From Acidobacteriota bacterium (GTDB taxonomy: Bacteria; Acidobacteriota; Vicinamibacteria; Vicinamibacterales; UBA2999): a stretch of 64,000 bases of DNA. Positions 63,404 to 64,000 of this stretch are shown in pieces (position 1 is the first letter of the stretch; each line of letters begins with the position of its first letter). The stretch covers positions 2,866 through 66,865 of the forward strand of contig JAHFUO010000003.1 of the NCBI GenBank assembly GCA_023265015.1, read 5' to 3'. The notes under the pieces are model-generated. The model saw only the letters and a list, made by a program, of their open reading frames with translations. It did no database searches and was not told the origin of the DNA. The translations under genes and the position numbers were made by a program.

Positions 63404-64000
63404 ACGCGCGCAGACTTCGCGTTGGTTTCGATGGCCGCGCGTTCTCGTCTCCAGCCGCCGGCATCCGGCGCTACTCCACCGAGCTGGTGGGCGCGCTCCT
63501 CTCGCTCGGCGAGCCGATTGAGATCGTGGCGCTCGGCGGCAGCCCGGACGCGCTTCCCGGCGGTCTCGAGCGGCTGTCGGAATCCGCGCATCTTCCGACC
63601 AACGCCGGCTGGACGCTGATCGGCCTCCCGCGCACCGCCGCTCGCGCCAGGGTCGATCTGATTCACGCCCCCGCCTACACCGCTCCCTTCTGGGCCGGCG
63701 TTCCCGTCGTGCTCACCATCCACGACGTCAGCTACGAAACCCATCCCGAGTGGTATCCGTATCGCCGCGACTGGCTGCGGCGGTACTTCTACCGCCGGAG
63801 CGCGCGCTCGGCGGCGCGGGTGCTGACCGTCTCCGCGTTTTCGGCCGCGGAGATCGCGAAGGCGTACGGCATCCCGCGGTCGCGCATCATCGTCACGCCG
63901 CCGGGCGTCCGCTCGACCTTCGGCGCCGGCGATCCGGACGTGCCAGCGGATCTGCCCTCGAACGTCACCGAGCCGTTCCTGCTTCATGTCGGCGATCTGC
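63397..64000 (+). CDS. GT4-family (GT-B) glycosyltransferase, N-terminal part (runs off the right edge)
   Basis: Hand translation: LNYARRLRVGFDGRAFSSPAAGIRRYSTELVGALLSLG...DLIHAPAYTAPFWAGVPVVLTIHDVSYETHPEWY...ARVLTVSAFSAAEIAKAYGIPRSRIIVTPPGV. This is the typical Glyco_trans_4 N-domain. The only upstream in-frame start candidate is TTG 63397. Confidence 0.6.
   Translation, partial: MNYARRLRVGFDGRAFSSPAAGIRRYSTELVGALLSLGEPIEIVALGGSPDALPGGLERLSESAHLPTNAGWTLIGLPRTAARARVDLIHAPAYTAPFWAGVPVVLTIHDVSYETHPEWYPYRRDWLRRYFYRRSARSAARVLTVSAFSAAEIAKAYGIPRSRIIVTPPGVRSTFGAGDPDVPADLPSNVTEPFLLHVGDL

Overview
High-GC bacterial chromosomal segment; no taxon can be assigned from the sequence alone. Almost the whole window is one very large surface-glycan biosynthesis supercluster. 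I call 53 CDS, 2 of them cut by the window edges. Genes at 1-6012 and 9458-13571 are on the minus strand. From 13976 to the right edge (about 50 kb) every gene is on the plus strand, and 16 junctions are 4-nt start/stop overlaps (ATGA/GTGA/TTGA), so this is one or a few giant operons.

Recognisable content:
- Three nonulosonic-acid (sialic/legionaminic/pseudaminic-type) modules: 2 NeuB-type synthases, 2 NeuC-type hydrolysing 2-epimerases, 3 NeuA-type cytidylyltransferases.
- Amino-sugar tailoring genes: 2 DegT aminotransferases, 2 LbH acyltransferases, a Gfo/Idh/MocA oxidoreductase, 3 SDRs.
- An APS-kinase plus sulfotransferase module.
- 6 SAM methyltransferases, 4 with N-terminal zinc ribbons.
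- 3 GT2 enzymes, 2 of the polyprenyl-phosphate ArnC/CsbB type.
- A WecA/MraY-type initiating transferase fusion.
- A YfhO-like and five other polytopic GT-C-like membrane proteins.
- An aldehyde dehydrogenase, a fused transketolase, a HAD phosphatase and one housekeeping gene (smpB).

Most unusual:
1. Family A, a GT-B-like family I cannot name, has an invariant RPHP motif. It occurs as six modules in five genes, and one protein carries two modules.
2. Family B, a second family I cannot name (GPWxSEVGYExLYWIPF motif), occurs six times.
3. One gene (26182-28857) fuses A and B.
4. A recent tandem gene duplication left a 63-nt fossil of the degT 5' end as the apparent start of the second copy.
5. 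Nearly every true intergenic gap is filled edge to edge by a long imperfect palindrome built from 7-9-nt tandem units. These fall into several sequence families.

I recognised no rRNA, tRNA, CRISPR, transposase, integrase or phage genes. No Wzx/Wzy/Wza/Wzc or ABC exporter is visible. All homology statements come from motif recognition by eye, not from database searches.
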